Source of the DNA: Vicugna vicugna
Lineage: Eukaryota
Assembly: GCA_013265495.1 (NCBI GenBank)
Contig: MU057632.1
Coordinates: 418,054 to 482,053, forward strand
Direction of reading: 5' to 3'
Length of the DNA stretch: 64,000 nt
Shown here: piece after piece, positions 36,358 through 49,763 of the stretch
Layout: every line of letters starts with the position of its first letter
Numbering within the stretch: the stretch's first letter is position 1
Position numbers and translations under genes: made by a program
Notes under the pieces: generated by a model
The model's database searches: none
The model's input: only the letters and a program-made list of their open reading frames with translations
What the model was told of the DNA's origin: nothing

Positions 36358-36681
36358 TGAGTTAGTCAGATGTTACTTCCAGAACAAAGCACTCAAGACT
36401 TGGGGTAGAGGGGCTTCAACGACAGACATGGATGTTCTCGTAGTCCTGGGGACTGGATGTTCAATCCAGGGTGTGGGCAAGAGTGGTTTCTCCTGTGTCT
36501 GGATCCTCGGTGCCCCCTCCTCTTCTCTGAAACACACCAGTCCTGTTGGATGAGGACTCCATCCTTCTGACCTCATTTAACCTCGATTATCTCTTTAAAG
36601 GCCTTGTCTCCAAATGCAGTCCCCTTGGGGCTTAAGGCCTCAACATGTGAATTTGGGGGACACAATTCAGTATCCATAGAA
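36358..36681 (-). mobile_element. MLT1B-like MaLR LTR
   Basis: ggcttcaacgacagaca, gacctcatttaacctcgattatctctttaaag, ctccaaatgcagtc, caacatgtgaatttgggggacacaattcag. Confidence 0.82.
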
Positions 36682-36779
36682 TCCTCCCGTGGTTCCCCAA
36701 GTCAGGTGAGGCTCCTGCATATCTGTCCTTGGAACGTCTCATGTTTGTTACCAAGCACTTTCCTCTATCTGTAATAACC

Positions 36780-37200
36780 AAAGCTGTTTGCCATCTGGTC
36801 CCTTTCTACCTCTCTGATCTCATCCCCTCCCTCTCCCTCCCTCCCTCCTCCTTGCTGGTCCTCCAGAATGTCAGGCTCTTCCTACCTGGAATTCTCCCCC
36901 ATGGCTCATTCCTTCTCTTTATCCAGGTCTCTGTTCTAACAACCCCGGAGAGGCCATCCCTGACCACTGGCGTCTCTGAACATATTAATCCAACTCCCAA
37001 TTTCTATGCCCTTATGTAGCTTAATTTTTTTTACAGCATCACTTGCCATGATAGTATCTATTTATTTTTGTATTTGCTTCCTATCTTAGTTGTCTGCCAG
37101 AAGGTAAGCCAACTAGGTTTTGGCATGACATCCTCCAAGTCTAGAATGGGTCTAGCACACAGAAGGCACTCAGGACTTCATTTGAGTGAATACATGAGTG
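36780..37200 (+). mobile_element. L2 3' region
   Basis: ctacctggaattctcccc, gagaggccatccctgaccac, ctagcacacagaaggcactcag...tgagtgaatac. Confidence 0.65.
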
Positions 37201-38323
37201 TGTTTATTTGTGTGGATCTTTGATTTGTGTCTGGTTGCCCTAATCTCTGTCAAACAGGAAAAATTCAGCTAGGCTAACCAGTGACTGGGCCCTAAGACTA
37301 GTGGTCAGTACGGGGTATGTTCAGTAAAAATTTGCTGAATGAATAAATAAAAACATAAAAGCAAAAGGAGTGAAAGTTTATACAAAGCATCCTGAAGTAA
37401 TCTGCAGACCATGAAGAGGTGTTGTGGCACTTCTGGCTATTTCACAATTCATTCTGATTCATCTGAGGTGCATTCCCAGTTTAAACATGGCTTTTTGAGC
37501 CAAATCTCTCTGAGGGTCCATAGAACTGCCATGAGGGTGCTAGAAAAATGACAGAAGACAGAGAGTAACAGTATCTTGATTTCTAGAAATATTTCCTTCC
37601 CAAGAACCAAGTATAATCCCAGATTATTATTTATTTGGATGGTCTTTTAGTTCACCAGTTAATGGGATTCCAGGGCCAAATTATTTGGGTATTTTATGTG
37701 GCTTGAAATAAAGATCTTAAAATTAAGGCAATGAAAAGACACATTTAGAGTGACTCCTCCTCCAAACCAAGTGATTACTTTTAAAGTGAATATGTTCTCT
37801 ATGCTTGTTTTATTTTTTAGAGAATCTTAAAGGGAAGAAAAATATATTTAGATAATACATTATGATGGAATTTGTTAAAAATAGGTGTAACTTAAGAAAA
37901 AAACTATATATGCAATATTTGCAATTTCTTAGAGAATTGTGTTCTTTCTCCTCCAAAATATCCTGGTGGAAACCTGATTGCTCACTGAAAAGTTCATGAA
38001 CCAAAAGAGGAACCACACTTCTCGTCATTTTGACTTGTCTGGGAAAAAAAAAGTCATTGTTTAATAAGCTCAAATGTAACTTTTTATCTTTTTACAGTAG
38101 GGTAGAATTCCAAATAATTTCATGTCTTTAAGAGAATCTAAAATAATTTTCCCTTTTAGATTTCAAAAATTTGTCTTAATTTTTTTCTGCTCTCACTCCC
38201 TTTAATTTTGTATCTTAATACTTAAAAATATGTATTGATCTGCACAATAATTAGAAAAAAGCAAATTTTTGACTGCTTTGACACTTAGCTGTAATCAAAA
38301 TTTAAAAATAAAAACTAATATTT

Positions 38324-38554
38324 TGGGGGCTTGGGGATGGGCAAAATAAGGGAAAGGGTTTAAGAGGTATAAACTTCAAGTTGTAAAACAAGTAAGTCAC
38401 AGAAATGCAATTCACAGCATTGTAAATATAATCGATAATAGTATAATAGCTTTGTATGGTGACAGGTGATAATTAGGCTTATCATGGAGATCAAATCACT
38501 ATGTTGTACACCTGAAACTAATATAATGTAAGTCAATTAAACTTCAATAAAAAA
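38324..38554 (+). mobile_element. L1MA-type 3' end
   Basis: aagaggtataaacttc...aagtcacag...tgtatggtgaca...cactatgttgtacacctgaaactaatata...caataaaaaa. Confidence 0.82.
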
Positions 38555-38614
38555 CATGTTGACAAAACCAAAAAACCTTACTGCAGGAGGTTAATACGAG
38601 TAAGAAAGGGTAAA

Positions 38615-40394
38615 CCATCCTTGCATCCCTGGAGTAAACACCACTTGATCATAATGTATGATTCTTTGAACATATTGTTAAATTCAGCTTGCTAATATTC
38701 TGCTGGGATTTTTGCATGTATGTTCCTCAGGGATGCTGACATGAAGATTTTCATTTTTGTAGTGTTTTTGTCTGCTTTGGCTATCAGGGTAATGATGGAT
38801 TTGTAAAGTGAATTTGGAAGTGTTCCCTCCTCTGCAATCTTTTGGAATAGTTTCAGGATAGGTGTTAACTCTTCTCTAAATGTTTGCTAGAATTCACCTG
38901 TGAAGCCATCTGGACCTGGATTTTTGTTTGCTGAGAGTTTTTAAATCACTGTTTCAATTTCAGTATGAGTATTCAGTCTATTCAGATTTTCTATTTCTTT
39001 ATGAGTCAGTCTTGGAAGATTTTATGTTTCTAAGAATTTATCCATTTCTTCTAGATTGCCTAGTTTGTTGGTATATAATTTTCAGAGTAGTCTCTTACGA
39101 TCCTTTGTATTTCTTTTTTTTTTTTAATCCTTTGTATTTCTCTGGTAACGATTATAATTTTTTCTCTTTTCTGGTTTTATTGATTTGGGTGCTTTCTCTT
39201 TTTTCCTTGATGAATCTGGCTAAAGATGTGTCACTTTGTTTATCTTTTCAAAGAACCAGCTCTTAGTTTTATTGATCTCTTCTACTATTATTTTTTAGTC
39301 TCTGTTTCATTGATTTATGCTCTGATCTTTATTATTTCCTTCCTTCTACTAACTTTAGGCTTTGTTTTTCTTTTTCTAGTTCATTTAAATGTAAAGTTAG
39401 ATTGGCTATTTAAGATTTTTCTTGTTTCTCATAAACTGTACTGCTAAGAACTTCCCTCTTAGAACTGTTTTTGCTGTATCCCATAGATCCTGGAAATTTT
39501 GTTTCTATTTTCATTTGTCTCTAGGTATTTTTTCTTTTCCTTTTTTATTTCTTTAGTGACCCATTGGTTGTTCAGCAGCAAATAGTTTAAATAGCAAAAT
39601 AGTTGTCACATTTTTTTCTAGTTTTCTTGTCATTGATTTCTAGTTTCATACCACTGTGGTTAAAAAAGATACTAGATATGATTTCAGTATTCTTAAATGT
39701 ATTGAGACTTGTTTTGTGGACTAACATGTGCTCCAGCAATTCCACTTCTGGGTATTTATACAAAGAAAACAAACACACGAATTCAAAAAGATATGTGTAC
39801 CTCTACGTTCACTGCAGCATTATTTACAATAGTCAAGATATGGAAGCAAACTAAATGTCCATTGATAGACGAATGCATAAAGAATGTGTGGTGTATATAT
39901 ACAATGGAATATTACTCGGCCATAAAAAAGAATGAAGTTGTGTTATTTGCAATAGCATGTACGGACCTCATGGGTATTATACTAGTGAAATAAGTCAGAT
40001 AGAGAAAAACAAAAACTGTATGATATCATTTACATGTGGAATACAAATACAAATGAACAAACAAAAAACAAAAAAGAAAAACAGACTCATAGATACAGAG
40101 AACAGACTGGTGGTTGCTTACCAGAAGGGAGGGGTAAAGGTGGGGGGACAGGTGAAGTGGGTAAAGGGGATTAAGAGATATAAACTTCCAAATACAAGGT
40201 AAATAAGTCACAGGGATGTAATGTACAGCATACGGAACAGAGTCAATTATATAGCAATAATTCTGTATGGTGATGGATGGTAACTAGACTTATTGTGGTG
40301 ATCAATTTGTAATGCATAAAAATATCAAGTCACTATGTTATACAATGAAACAAATATAATATTTTATGTCAATTATCATTCAATAAAATAAAAT
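38615..40394. mobile_element. L1 with 5' inversion: ~1.1 kb antisense ORF2 (38615-39727) joined to a sense 3' end (39725-40394)
   Basis: TSD aaagggtaaa at 38605-38614 and 40395-40404. Left part is reverse-complement ORF2 (PGMQGW). Right part reads CTSTFTAALFTIVKIWKQTKCP...MEYYSAIKKNE plus 3' UTR and tail. Confidence 0.9.
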
Positions 40395-40750
40395 AAAGGG
40401 TAAAAACCACTAAGTAGCACAGATCAAACAGTAAGTTTAGGAAGCAGAAAACTGCTATCATAGGATAAAGGCAATCCTTACTATGCTTTGATAAATACAA
40501 AGTAGACTTGTTTATCTTTGATTTTACTGCATGGTAGCTGCCATATGAGGATTTTTGAGAACTAAGTTTTCAAATCACCTCTAGATATCTCTAGAGCATT
40601 AATATGATCTCCCATAAATAGTGGGTAGAAAAGGGGGAACTGCATATAATTGTGTTCCATGACTGAACCTGACTGAATCCCTGCAGTTCCTTCTTCTGAG
40701 GAAATATATAAACCCTTGAATACTTACAGTCAAATGTAACATCTTTTAAG

Positions 40751-40969
40751 CAGGTTTTATTAACTTCAGCACTATCGACATTTGGGAGGTGGGGATGGCT
40801 TTTTTGTTGTGGGGCTGCCCTGTGCACTGCAAAATGTTCAAGAGCATCCTTGGCTTCTGTTCGTTAGATGCCAGTAGGACCTCTCTCCTAATTGTGACAA
40901 CCAAAAACATCTTCAGCCATTGCCAAATGTCTCCTGGGAGCCAGAACTATTCCTGGTTGAAAACCACTG
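40751..40969. mobile_element. MER20 hAT-Charlie element
   Basis: cagcactatcgacatttgg...ggggctgccctgtgcactgc...gatgccagtag...gtgacaaccaaaaa...cattgccaaatgtc...ggttgaaaaccactg. Confidence 0.88.
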
Positions 40970-41442
40970 ACTCACAGTATCATAATGACCTTTGTAATCT
41001 ACTCAATAAGTATTTACTGAATACCTGGAAGTGTATTTTTGTGTTCTACTGGGGATTAAGACAAGAATAAGACAGGCTCTTTTTCCTTTAAAAAGCTGAG
41101 TCCCTGTTACAGAGACAGTATCACTGGTGTAAAATAGAAAACACTTATCACTGAGGTCTAGATGTCCTGCCCTGGCAATAAATACTTCAGCGATTTAGAG
41201 AATGTCACAAGGAGTGGAGAGCTATGGGGGAAATTTCTGAACGGCATGCCTTGCTTGGCATGGGCTCTGAAGACTGGATGGGATTTGGAAAGACCAAATT
41301 AAGAGGAAAGTACATTTCACGCGTCATGGAAAACCAGACATATTTGAAAAGGGCCTAAAGTAGACTTGGGAAACCAATGAAATACATCAGAAAATATTTT
41401 GCCTATGTTTTCTTCTAGGAGGCTTATAGTGTCTTGATATTA

Positions 41443-41645
41443 ACTACTATATATAAAATAGATAAACAACAAGTTTCTTCTGTATAGCACAGGGAACTAC
41501 AGTTGGTATCTTATAGTGACCTATAATGAAAGAGAATATGAAAACAAATATATGTGTGTATATGGATGACTGAAACATGATGCTGTACACCAGAAATTGA
41601 CACAACATTGTAAATGGACTAGACTTCAATAAAAAAGAAAAAAAA
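41443..41645 (+). mobile_element. L1 3' UTR fragment
   Basis: actactatatataaaatagataaacaacaag...cttcaataaaaaa. Confidence 0.88.
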
Positions 41646-41908
41646 TATAATCAGTATCTAGTTTCTTTTCTGTCTTAAAAGAACTATTATCAGTTTAATG
41701 TATAATTTAAATTTCAGGAGACTCAAGGATCATGGAATAAACTGAACATTCTGAAGCACTTTATCTTAGCCATCACTTATCTCAAGGGGTTTTTGGATGT
41801 TTTCCAGTATTATTCATTTCAGTTGACAAATACAAACTTCACTTCATTTCTTACTGACTCTAGATAGACAGTATAGTTATGTAATTTTTTCTTATATAAC
41901 AATTTTTA

Positions 41909-41976
41909 AAAATGGAGATACTTAGGATTGAACTCAGGATCCCATGCATGCTACCACTGAGCTATTTCCTTCCACC
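41909..41976 (-). mobile_element. Short, internally deleted tRNA-derived SINE
   Basis: Perfect 12-bp TSD taacaattttta at 41897-41908 and 41977-41988. ggattgaactcagg and ctaccactgagcta boxes. Confidence 0.82.
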
Positions 41977-43667
41977 TAACAATTTTTATTTGAGTACACA
42001 AGGAGAATAAAGGACCAACTTTTCATTCTAGACTTACGTATTTGTGATCAAGCAGTATCTACAAATTTGTATTCTGCAATAATGTCATTTAAAAAAAAAT
42101 CTGAAACACACACACACATAATCAGAAGCTGGATAATGCCTGCAGGTGAAGGAAGAGTGATCACATATAGAACACTTCTGTTATCGACACAAATTGATCC
42201 TATTTGTATTACATTTTTTAGGGTTTCTGCCTTTCTATTTTAAGAAGTTTCAACACTGGTTCCTTAGTGAGATTGGCAACATTTGTAAGGTTCAAAAGTT
42301 CACATTTTCTGATGGAAATGGCCAATACTCTTTGAAAATCAGATGGCTTTATGAATATAGATACAATCTAAAAACCACTTAAGAAATAGCTCATCGCCAT
42401 TCTGAGTTCAAAACCATAGTTGGTACACACGTGTAAGTCAGGACACATACATGCACACACACTCATTGTTTGTACGATCATGATACATAGACATCTCTGT
42501 CCCTAATATGGAAACCAAGAAATATTAAGCTAACACATTTTCCCTGAAAACGTCTTAAGTATATAACACAGGTAGAATGACTATGTTGGTGTGGGTGTCT
42601 GCATGTTTATGAATATGAATGAGCACAGAAAATTATTACATGTGGTTCTAAGTATTGTTCTTTTGACAAGAAAGGAACGGATGAAGATGACACTTTATCA
42701 TCACTCACGGTGTGGATTACTGCAGAAAAATCATTCTGTACTTTTTATGAACATTTGCCGTCATCACATCCCCTTTTTTTGGTTAAATTATGCCTTGCTT
42801 TTAATTTAGATATTTTAGGAAGGCAGCTTGATGCTTTCAATGCCGTTGTGACACCAATCCAGACTGCCACCAGAGGAAGTGACTAACATAAAGAATCTAT
42901 CGCCTGACCGAGTTGCTGTGCTTTCTTATTGACTTAACCTAATATCAAGAAATGAATTGTGCATGAGAAGGCCAGTAAACAAATGGTTATGGTTCGATAT
43001 TCATCAAGTTATTAAAAACATGAATATGTATAGAAATATACACCCGTGTGCACACACACATTCACATACGGTCTCAGACTTTTGCAATTATAAAGATTTG
43101 TATATATGTGTATATATTATAACATACAAAATAAATGATTTGGAACGCCCCCACAAGGCCATGAGCAAATAAGGTCACTATCCTTGTGTTTCTATTATAC
43201 CCCATACAATCATCAACATCATAACACGTATGATCTCTATTGTATTTGTTTGCTTACAAGTCTGTTTACACCCCCTGTATTGCAAATCTCTGAGGAATGG
43301 CAGTTACAATTAACTCCTCCATCTCCAGTGTCCACTACAGCATCCAGCAAAGAGATAGCACTAAGAAATGCCTAATGGATGAATGCCTATGTCTTTTTTG
43401 GATTCTCACCTTACAACAGATATTCTTTAAATTTCAATTATAAAAAGCTGCCTTGTAAAAGATGAAATTTGTCAGAATCTCTCAACCTCTTTCCAGGTCA
43501 CAGTTTGTACACAGAGCATCTCAGGGCTCCTGCTTTAATAAAAGGAAAGCCAATCAGAGCCAGATTGACAACAGCCAATAGGATGCTTCTTTTTTGAACC
43601 TCTCAATAATTCATTCTAGAAAGAAAATACAATTACACTTGGAGTTGCGTTTTACCAAGTTTAATTT

Positions 43668-43802
43668 AATTTTTACTTAAAATTTTATTTTTGTGAGGGG
43701 AGGTAATTAGGTATTTATTTATTTAATGAGGGTACTGGAGATTGAACCCAGGACCTCGTGCATGCTAAGCATGTACTCTACCACTGAGCTATATCCTCCC
43801 CC
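43668..43802 (-). mobile_element. tRNA-Ala-derived SINE (vic-1-like)
   Basis: Full head, ggggaggtaattagg module and T-rich tail. Near-TSD taccaagtt[t/g]aattt. Confidence 0.92.
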
Positions 43803-45660
43803 ACTACCAAGTTGAATTTTATAATGTTTAATATTTCTGATCTCTGCTGCCTCATTTTACCAAAATTCCAAGGCAAATTAACCAAACTTTTTACACAGTT
43901 AACATTTGTCAAATACTTACTGCAAAATAACTTAAGTAAATGTAATACTCCCACTTTAAGAGTTAGTTTGCTATTCTTTTTTTGTTTAACTTTTCCCACA
44001 AAAAAAAGCCTCAATTTTTTTTTTTTGGCAGAACAGCAGTATCAGAAAGAATAAAAATTTTTATCTCATACTAGACTTCTTATTTTGATAATTTATTTCA
44101 GGGAGTTTGAGCCTGTCAACATTGTAACAGTCTAACAAATTAGCTCTCAAATTGAAGTAATTAAGGCATGAAATCTGACGGCTCCTTTTGTGTTAAAAAT
44201 TAGATACGATAATTGCTTTGAGAATACCCTCTTACTTTTTCAAGGGCCCATAAAGTCCTATGGGAGGAGAAATTTTTACACATTTTCATGTATCTTGCTG
44301 GATATGCTTTATCTTAAAAATACTTTCACAGGAAAACTGGTGGGTATTTTTTAAAGAATAGTTGCATGATTAAAAGCACTTTGATATTTCCAACTATACC
44401 TACTCAAACTCCCTTACTCTTAGGAAAATACGAAATCTTCACAGACAAGCAACTGGTATCTCTTTTACTCATGGAGGTAATTCTACTATCTATACCTCAG
44501 CTGAGTCTGTCCTATTCATCACACACTGATGCAAGCAGTGAATGGATTCAATATGAAGACATAGTCTACCTTGAGCTTCTGCTGTTTAACTTTATTGATG
44601 ACTGATAGACATGTGGTGAATTCTAGTGCTCCAGGGCATGTCCTCACAACTTACCCACCTAAACTGAGATGAATACTTAGTTATATGGGACACCCCAGGG
44701 TGCAAGTAGGAAGAAAGTCACTACCCATGTGGTTAAGGGAACTGATCTGGATGGGATTTAAATTGACTCAAAGGAGAAAAGCACATCAGGTGGAAGAAAT
44801 AGATGGAGCAAAGGCAGAGAGACAGATAAGAACAGAAATCACTGGAGAAACACAAATGGATTCAGCTTGTTTGAAGCCAAGACACCAAGAAAAAGGCAAA
44901 TCAGGAGTAAGTTGAAAGCACTAAGCTCTTATGTGGGCAGTGGAGGGTGCCTGTTTCTGAATGAGAGGTCATAACAAAACTGACAACTGTAACATCTTCC
45001 CTGTAAATAACTCTTATATTTAATGCAACAGCACTGTAATCATCTTTTAAATGCAGTCAGTTTAATGGAGTAGAAGAATAAAAAGGGAAATAGCATATTT
45101 TACTCAGTATCACCAAATCAAAAGATTTGTAATGTAATAAAGCAGGAAGTCTGAGAGATATAAAGACCAAATACTAGTCGTTCACATTTAAAAAGACTTC
45201 TAGTTATGGAAATCATAAAACGAAAAAAATTTTGTATGAATGTAAATAACTTTTCCATCACTTGCAACAATTATATTTCAGAAAAACTGAAACTATCTTT
45301 TTAAAAAGCAAGAATAAGACGTATGGAAATTTTAAATTGTGTTTCCTTTCTATCAGAAGGAGCCCCTAAAATTATAAAGTCGCTATTGGCAGATATCATT
45401 CTATATGTAGTTTATATTTTGGAAAATATTAAATATATCATACTAAGCAAAGCAAGTCATTATTGCAGTTGCCTGAGCTAATTTATTGAGTACCTCTTAA
45501 ACACATCCCTCCAGACTTCTCAATGAGGAATCTCTGAGAAACGAGGAATGGGGCAATTTACAAGACAAGTGCACACATGCACGTTGTCAATATATTTCTT
45601 ACAGACGTCAATAATGAATCACTATGTGGTACACCTGAAACTAAAATAACATTGTATGTC

Positions 45661-46212
45661 CATGCACCCCAGTGTTCATAGCAGCAGTATTTACTATAGC
45701 CAAGACATGGAAGCAACTTAAATGTCCATTGACAGGTGACTGGCTAAAGAAGATGAGGTATATATATACAATGGAATACTACTCAGCCATAAAAAGGAAT
45801 GAAATGATGCCATTTGCAGCAACATGGATAGGCCTACAGATTAACATACTAAGTGAAGTAAAGACAAATACCATATAATATCACTTACATACAGAATCTA
45901 AAATATGGTATGAATGAACTTATTTACAAAGCAGAAACAGACTCACAGACATAAAAACAAACTATGGTTACCAGTGGAGGAAGGAAGGGTGGATAAATTA
46001 GCAGTTTGGGATTAGCACATGCACACTACTATATATAAAATAGATAAACAAAGACCTACTGGATAACATAGGGAACTATATTCAATGTCCTGTAATAAAC
46101 CATAATAGAAAAGAATATATACATATGTATGCATAACTGAATTACTTTGCTGTACATCAGAAACTAACACAACATTGTAAATCAACTTATACTTCAATAA
46201 AAATTTTTAAAA
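45661..46212 (+). mobile_element. L1 inserted into the 3' terminus of an older L1 (host pieces ~45615-45660 and ~46223-46250)
   Basis: TSD attgtatgtc at 45651-45660 and 46213-46222. ORF 45672-45878 is the ORF2 C-terminus. The host rejoins as ...aacattgtatgtcaactatatttcaataaaa. Confidence 0.9.
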
Positions 46213-47041
46213 ATTGTATGTCAACTATATTTCAATAAAAAAGAGAAAAAATTAAGACAAATAATAGACTTGCAAATACTTCAGTGCGGTCTTTATGGGT
46301 ATTAGAAAACAGTATCTTTTATACATTTAATATGATTTTAATCATTCCATAAATGTAGGAAGAAATATTTTTCCAAAAGATTTATGTTGGGTAAATTTAA
46401 AAAAGGAAAATAGGAAATAATCTTCCCCCAAAACTAATTATGATATAATGAAAACATAACTAAAAATGTTAAATTCAATGTTAGATCAGAAAATATTGAT
46501 AAAATTTTTAAAAACATAAATTAAGACCTTATGTTATGTACAGTTATCTGTATTCAGAGAGACGTAAGGTAGGATTCACTCTTATTTTCATAGAAAAATT
46601 TGGCTTGGCCACCTTTTTTAAGGCACCCAAAATGTGGTACAAAATATTGGTATTTTAAAACAGCTACAATTAAACCATTAATTGGATTTGCCGTATTTTA
46701 AAATCTTACTTTAAGAGAAAATCTCTCAGAAGGAGTAGTTTTGCAAGTTGCAAAAGAACAGCAAATATATCAGGTGTCCTCATTCTGGGTAATTACTTTC
46801 TTTGTAGGGCCATGTATATTCTTGCAATTTAGCTGAAAATTAAAGCACACATTACAAACAGAACTGGAAAAATGGGAAAAAATACACTAAAAAAATCAGA
46901 ATCAATGAAGAAATACTTAAGAACACTGACATACATCTAAAGCACCTGAACTTGCTAGTTTATAGACTGACCTGGCTTCTTGGCAAATGCTTCTTTGTAA
47001 GAACTTAAAGCTATGTACCTTGGCTCAGGTCAAAGAAAATG

Positions 47042-47838
47042 TTTTTTTTTTCATTATTTAGAGAATTCTTTATTAGTTTCTGTAATCAAACCCATGTAGA
47101 TAAGACCTTACATATTTAATATAGTGCGCTACCCCTGTACAAATGGAAAAATTATATTTAATGTTTCTAGACCAATATGGCTGTCAATTTCTGTACAATG
47201 CCAATTCACCATGGTACAACTGGGATACTTTTTCCAAAGTTGACAGCCCAGCTAAAGTCTCCCAAAATTCAAATTATATATATATGTGTGTACACACATA
47301 TATATTTATTTTATTTATATAAAAAGACCAATAGCAGTATGTTATGAGTCAATAGCAGCAACAGCCTTTCCAGGTTCTACAGTCATCTGAACAAATTATA
47401 CAGACATCCAGCACATGCCATCAAAAAAAAAAAAAGGTAAAAAGCAAAACCCCAGAAAACAGCTAAGTTCTGTTACTGTTGTGGTACCTAGCACCAATTT
47501 TTTTTTATTAGCTTCTCAGTCATCACCTGGAAAGGAAACATTCTAGAATAACGTCATTAAGAACAGCTCCGATAAAGCACAGGCACTACTACATATCAGA
47601 AAGCAGGTACAAGATATCTTACATTCACAGAGGTATGATACAGTACTGTCCTACATCTGTAATACTAGAGGACATAATTAAAAAGGCATTATTTGAGACT
47701 TGATTCTACTTTTCCAGCAGTGGGCCCAAAGGATGGTTACGACACAGCTCTGGCACAGAGATGCACCTTCGTAGATAGGATTTCCTTTCTTTAGTGGCAC
47801 AGTTCTAGTTGCTCACTGCTCTTCGTGAACATGACGGG
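47042..47838 (-). pseudogene. Processed retrocopy consisting of an mRNA 3' UTR (parent gene not identified; 5' boundary approximate)
   Basis: T10 at 47042-47051 (minus-strand polyA). AATAAA on minus (tttatt 47069-47074) lies 17 nt before it. ~0.8 kb of non-TE, UTR-like sequence with internal homopolymer and (TA)n tracts. Confidence 0.7.
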
Positions 47839-48541
47839 ATGGAGCAAAGGAGAAAGATATGTCAAGTACTTTTTAAAGGAATCAAGGCTGACTCTAAGGC
47901 TATGAAAAGGTTGAATGCTTGGAACAGTAATAAATATGAATGACTTTTTTTCTCAGACCTGCCCAAAGTGCAGGTTTATGAAGTAAAATCTCACTGTAAA
48001 GTCACATTCCTCCCCCACCCCAATTGCAGTGAAATCTAGAGGAATGCACATTCACACTTTGACAGTAAGATTCTGTTGGTCCATCCCTGTTCTGCATGAA
48101 CAGGTGACATGGGAGGACACAGGGCAGCAACAGCCAAACTGACGCTGCAACCAGTCCTGGGGCTGAATCTTAAAATATTTCCACAGAGGATGGAATAAAA
48201 CAAAGGAAGCTTTTGTTCTTTGAAATTCGAAAACGCATCTTTCTCTATGTGAGTCTAGCTATTTATTGCAACATTGCAAGAACTTAATACTTTTTTATCA
48301 CTTGCAAAAACTGTTGCCTAAATCTTGTTATACAGTCCTTGAAAAAAAAAGAAATCTCTATTTCTGCATGCTTGGCCAATAATTCAGGAATGTCCACCTT
48401 TATTTCCTGTGAGCCACGTGAATGGGTGATTGCATTTGGTATCTACCTATTATCTAAGCAGCACTGCACGCTGTTACACGGATTTTAGTATTTTATCTTT
48501 GCTCAACCTCACTCTCCCCCCTCACAATGTAGCTTCATTGA

Positions 48542-48990
48542 GAAATAATGCCATTTGCAGCAACATGGATGGACCTAGAGATTATCATACCAAGTGAGGT
48601 AAGTCAGACAGAGAAAAACAAATTATCATATGATGTCACTTATATGTGGAATCTTAAAAACAAAAAAAGATACAAATTCTATTTACAAGCAAAAAACAGA
48701 CTCATGGACATAGAAAACAAACTCTGGTTACCAAAGGGGAAAGAGTGGGGAGGGATGAATTAGGGATTGGGGATTAACAAACACACATTACTATACATAA
48801 AACAGATAAATAACAAGGACCTACTGCATAGCACATAGAACTATATTCAATGTCTTGTAATAACATAATGGAAAAGAATCTGAAAAGAAAAAAGGTATGT
48901 ATACATATGTATAACTGAATTGCTTTGCTGTACACCTGAAACTGACATTGTAAATCAACTACATTTTAATAAAAATTTAAAGAAAAAATA
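48542..48990 (+). mobile_element. L1 3' end
   Basis: ORF 48548 reads MPFAATWMDLEIIIPSEVSQTEK (ORF2 end), followed by 3' UTR and A tail. Confidence 0.92.
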
Positions 48991-49763
48991 ATAGTGTATT
49001 TTCATTGAAAAGGCATTAGTTTGTGAACATTGACTTTTCTCTGAAAGCATGTTCTACAAATTAAGAACAGCCAAGAAAACAATCCTGTTTGTTCTGATTA
49101 TTCTATAATTTCTAATGTGGAAGGAATTGAACATTGTCTTAATACTGATGTCTAGTGATGTAATACAGAGTTGCTGGACTTCATAAAAAACCACTCCACA
49201 ATACTCTGCATCTCTCTGAATGCATGAAACACAAAATTATCCTTGACTGTAGAATTTATAATACTATCTATTTATAAAACTACCAAATTTTAAATTAATT
49301 CTTGGAATAGTATTTTACTTGCAAAACTGATATCACAATATTTGGTACCTGCTTTTCAGAAGTTAAAAAAAGGTCTAAAATATCAATTTTTGAGGTTATA
49401 CCAAGCAGAGTTTGCTTCAGAGGGTCTGAAACTGGGGTTCTGTAAACTTAAGCTCCTTATCATACTGTTTTATTGCTATGGGTAAAATGACCCGTTTACA
49501 CATCTAACTGGCTCCGTGGTTGAGAAATGCAGAGTTAGATACTATGTTCTAAAAGTAGAAACTCCATCTAAATCTGATAAATCCTAAAAACAAAAGAAAA
49601 CAAAACAAAACACAAAAACATGGATGGGAGAAGGCTGAACAGGCCTGAGCAGAGCTAGGACTTGATGATGGGGTGGGGTTGTTCCCGGCAGGATTTGTGT
49701 GAAGAATCTGCACTATGTCAAAGTGCAAAAAACTGACTAGCTATTTAGCTCCTTAAATGCAGC

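Noticed and set aside
47021..47875. Naming a parent gene or TSD for the retrocopy
   Set aside because: I could not match it reliably to a specific gene from memory, and the flank similarities are too weak to call a TSD.
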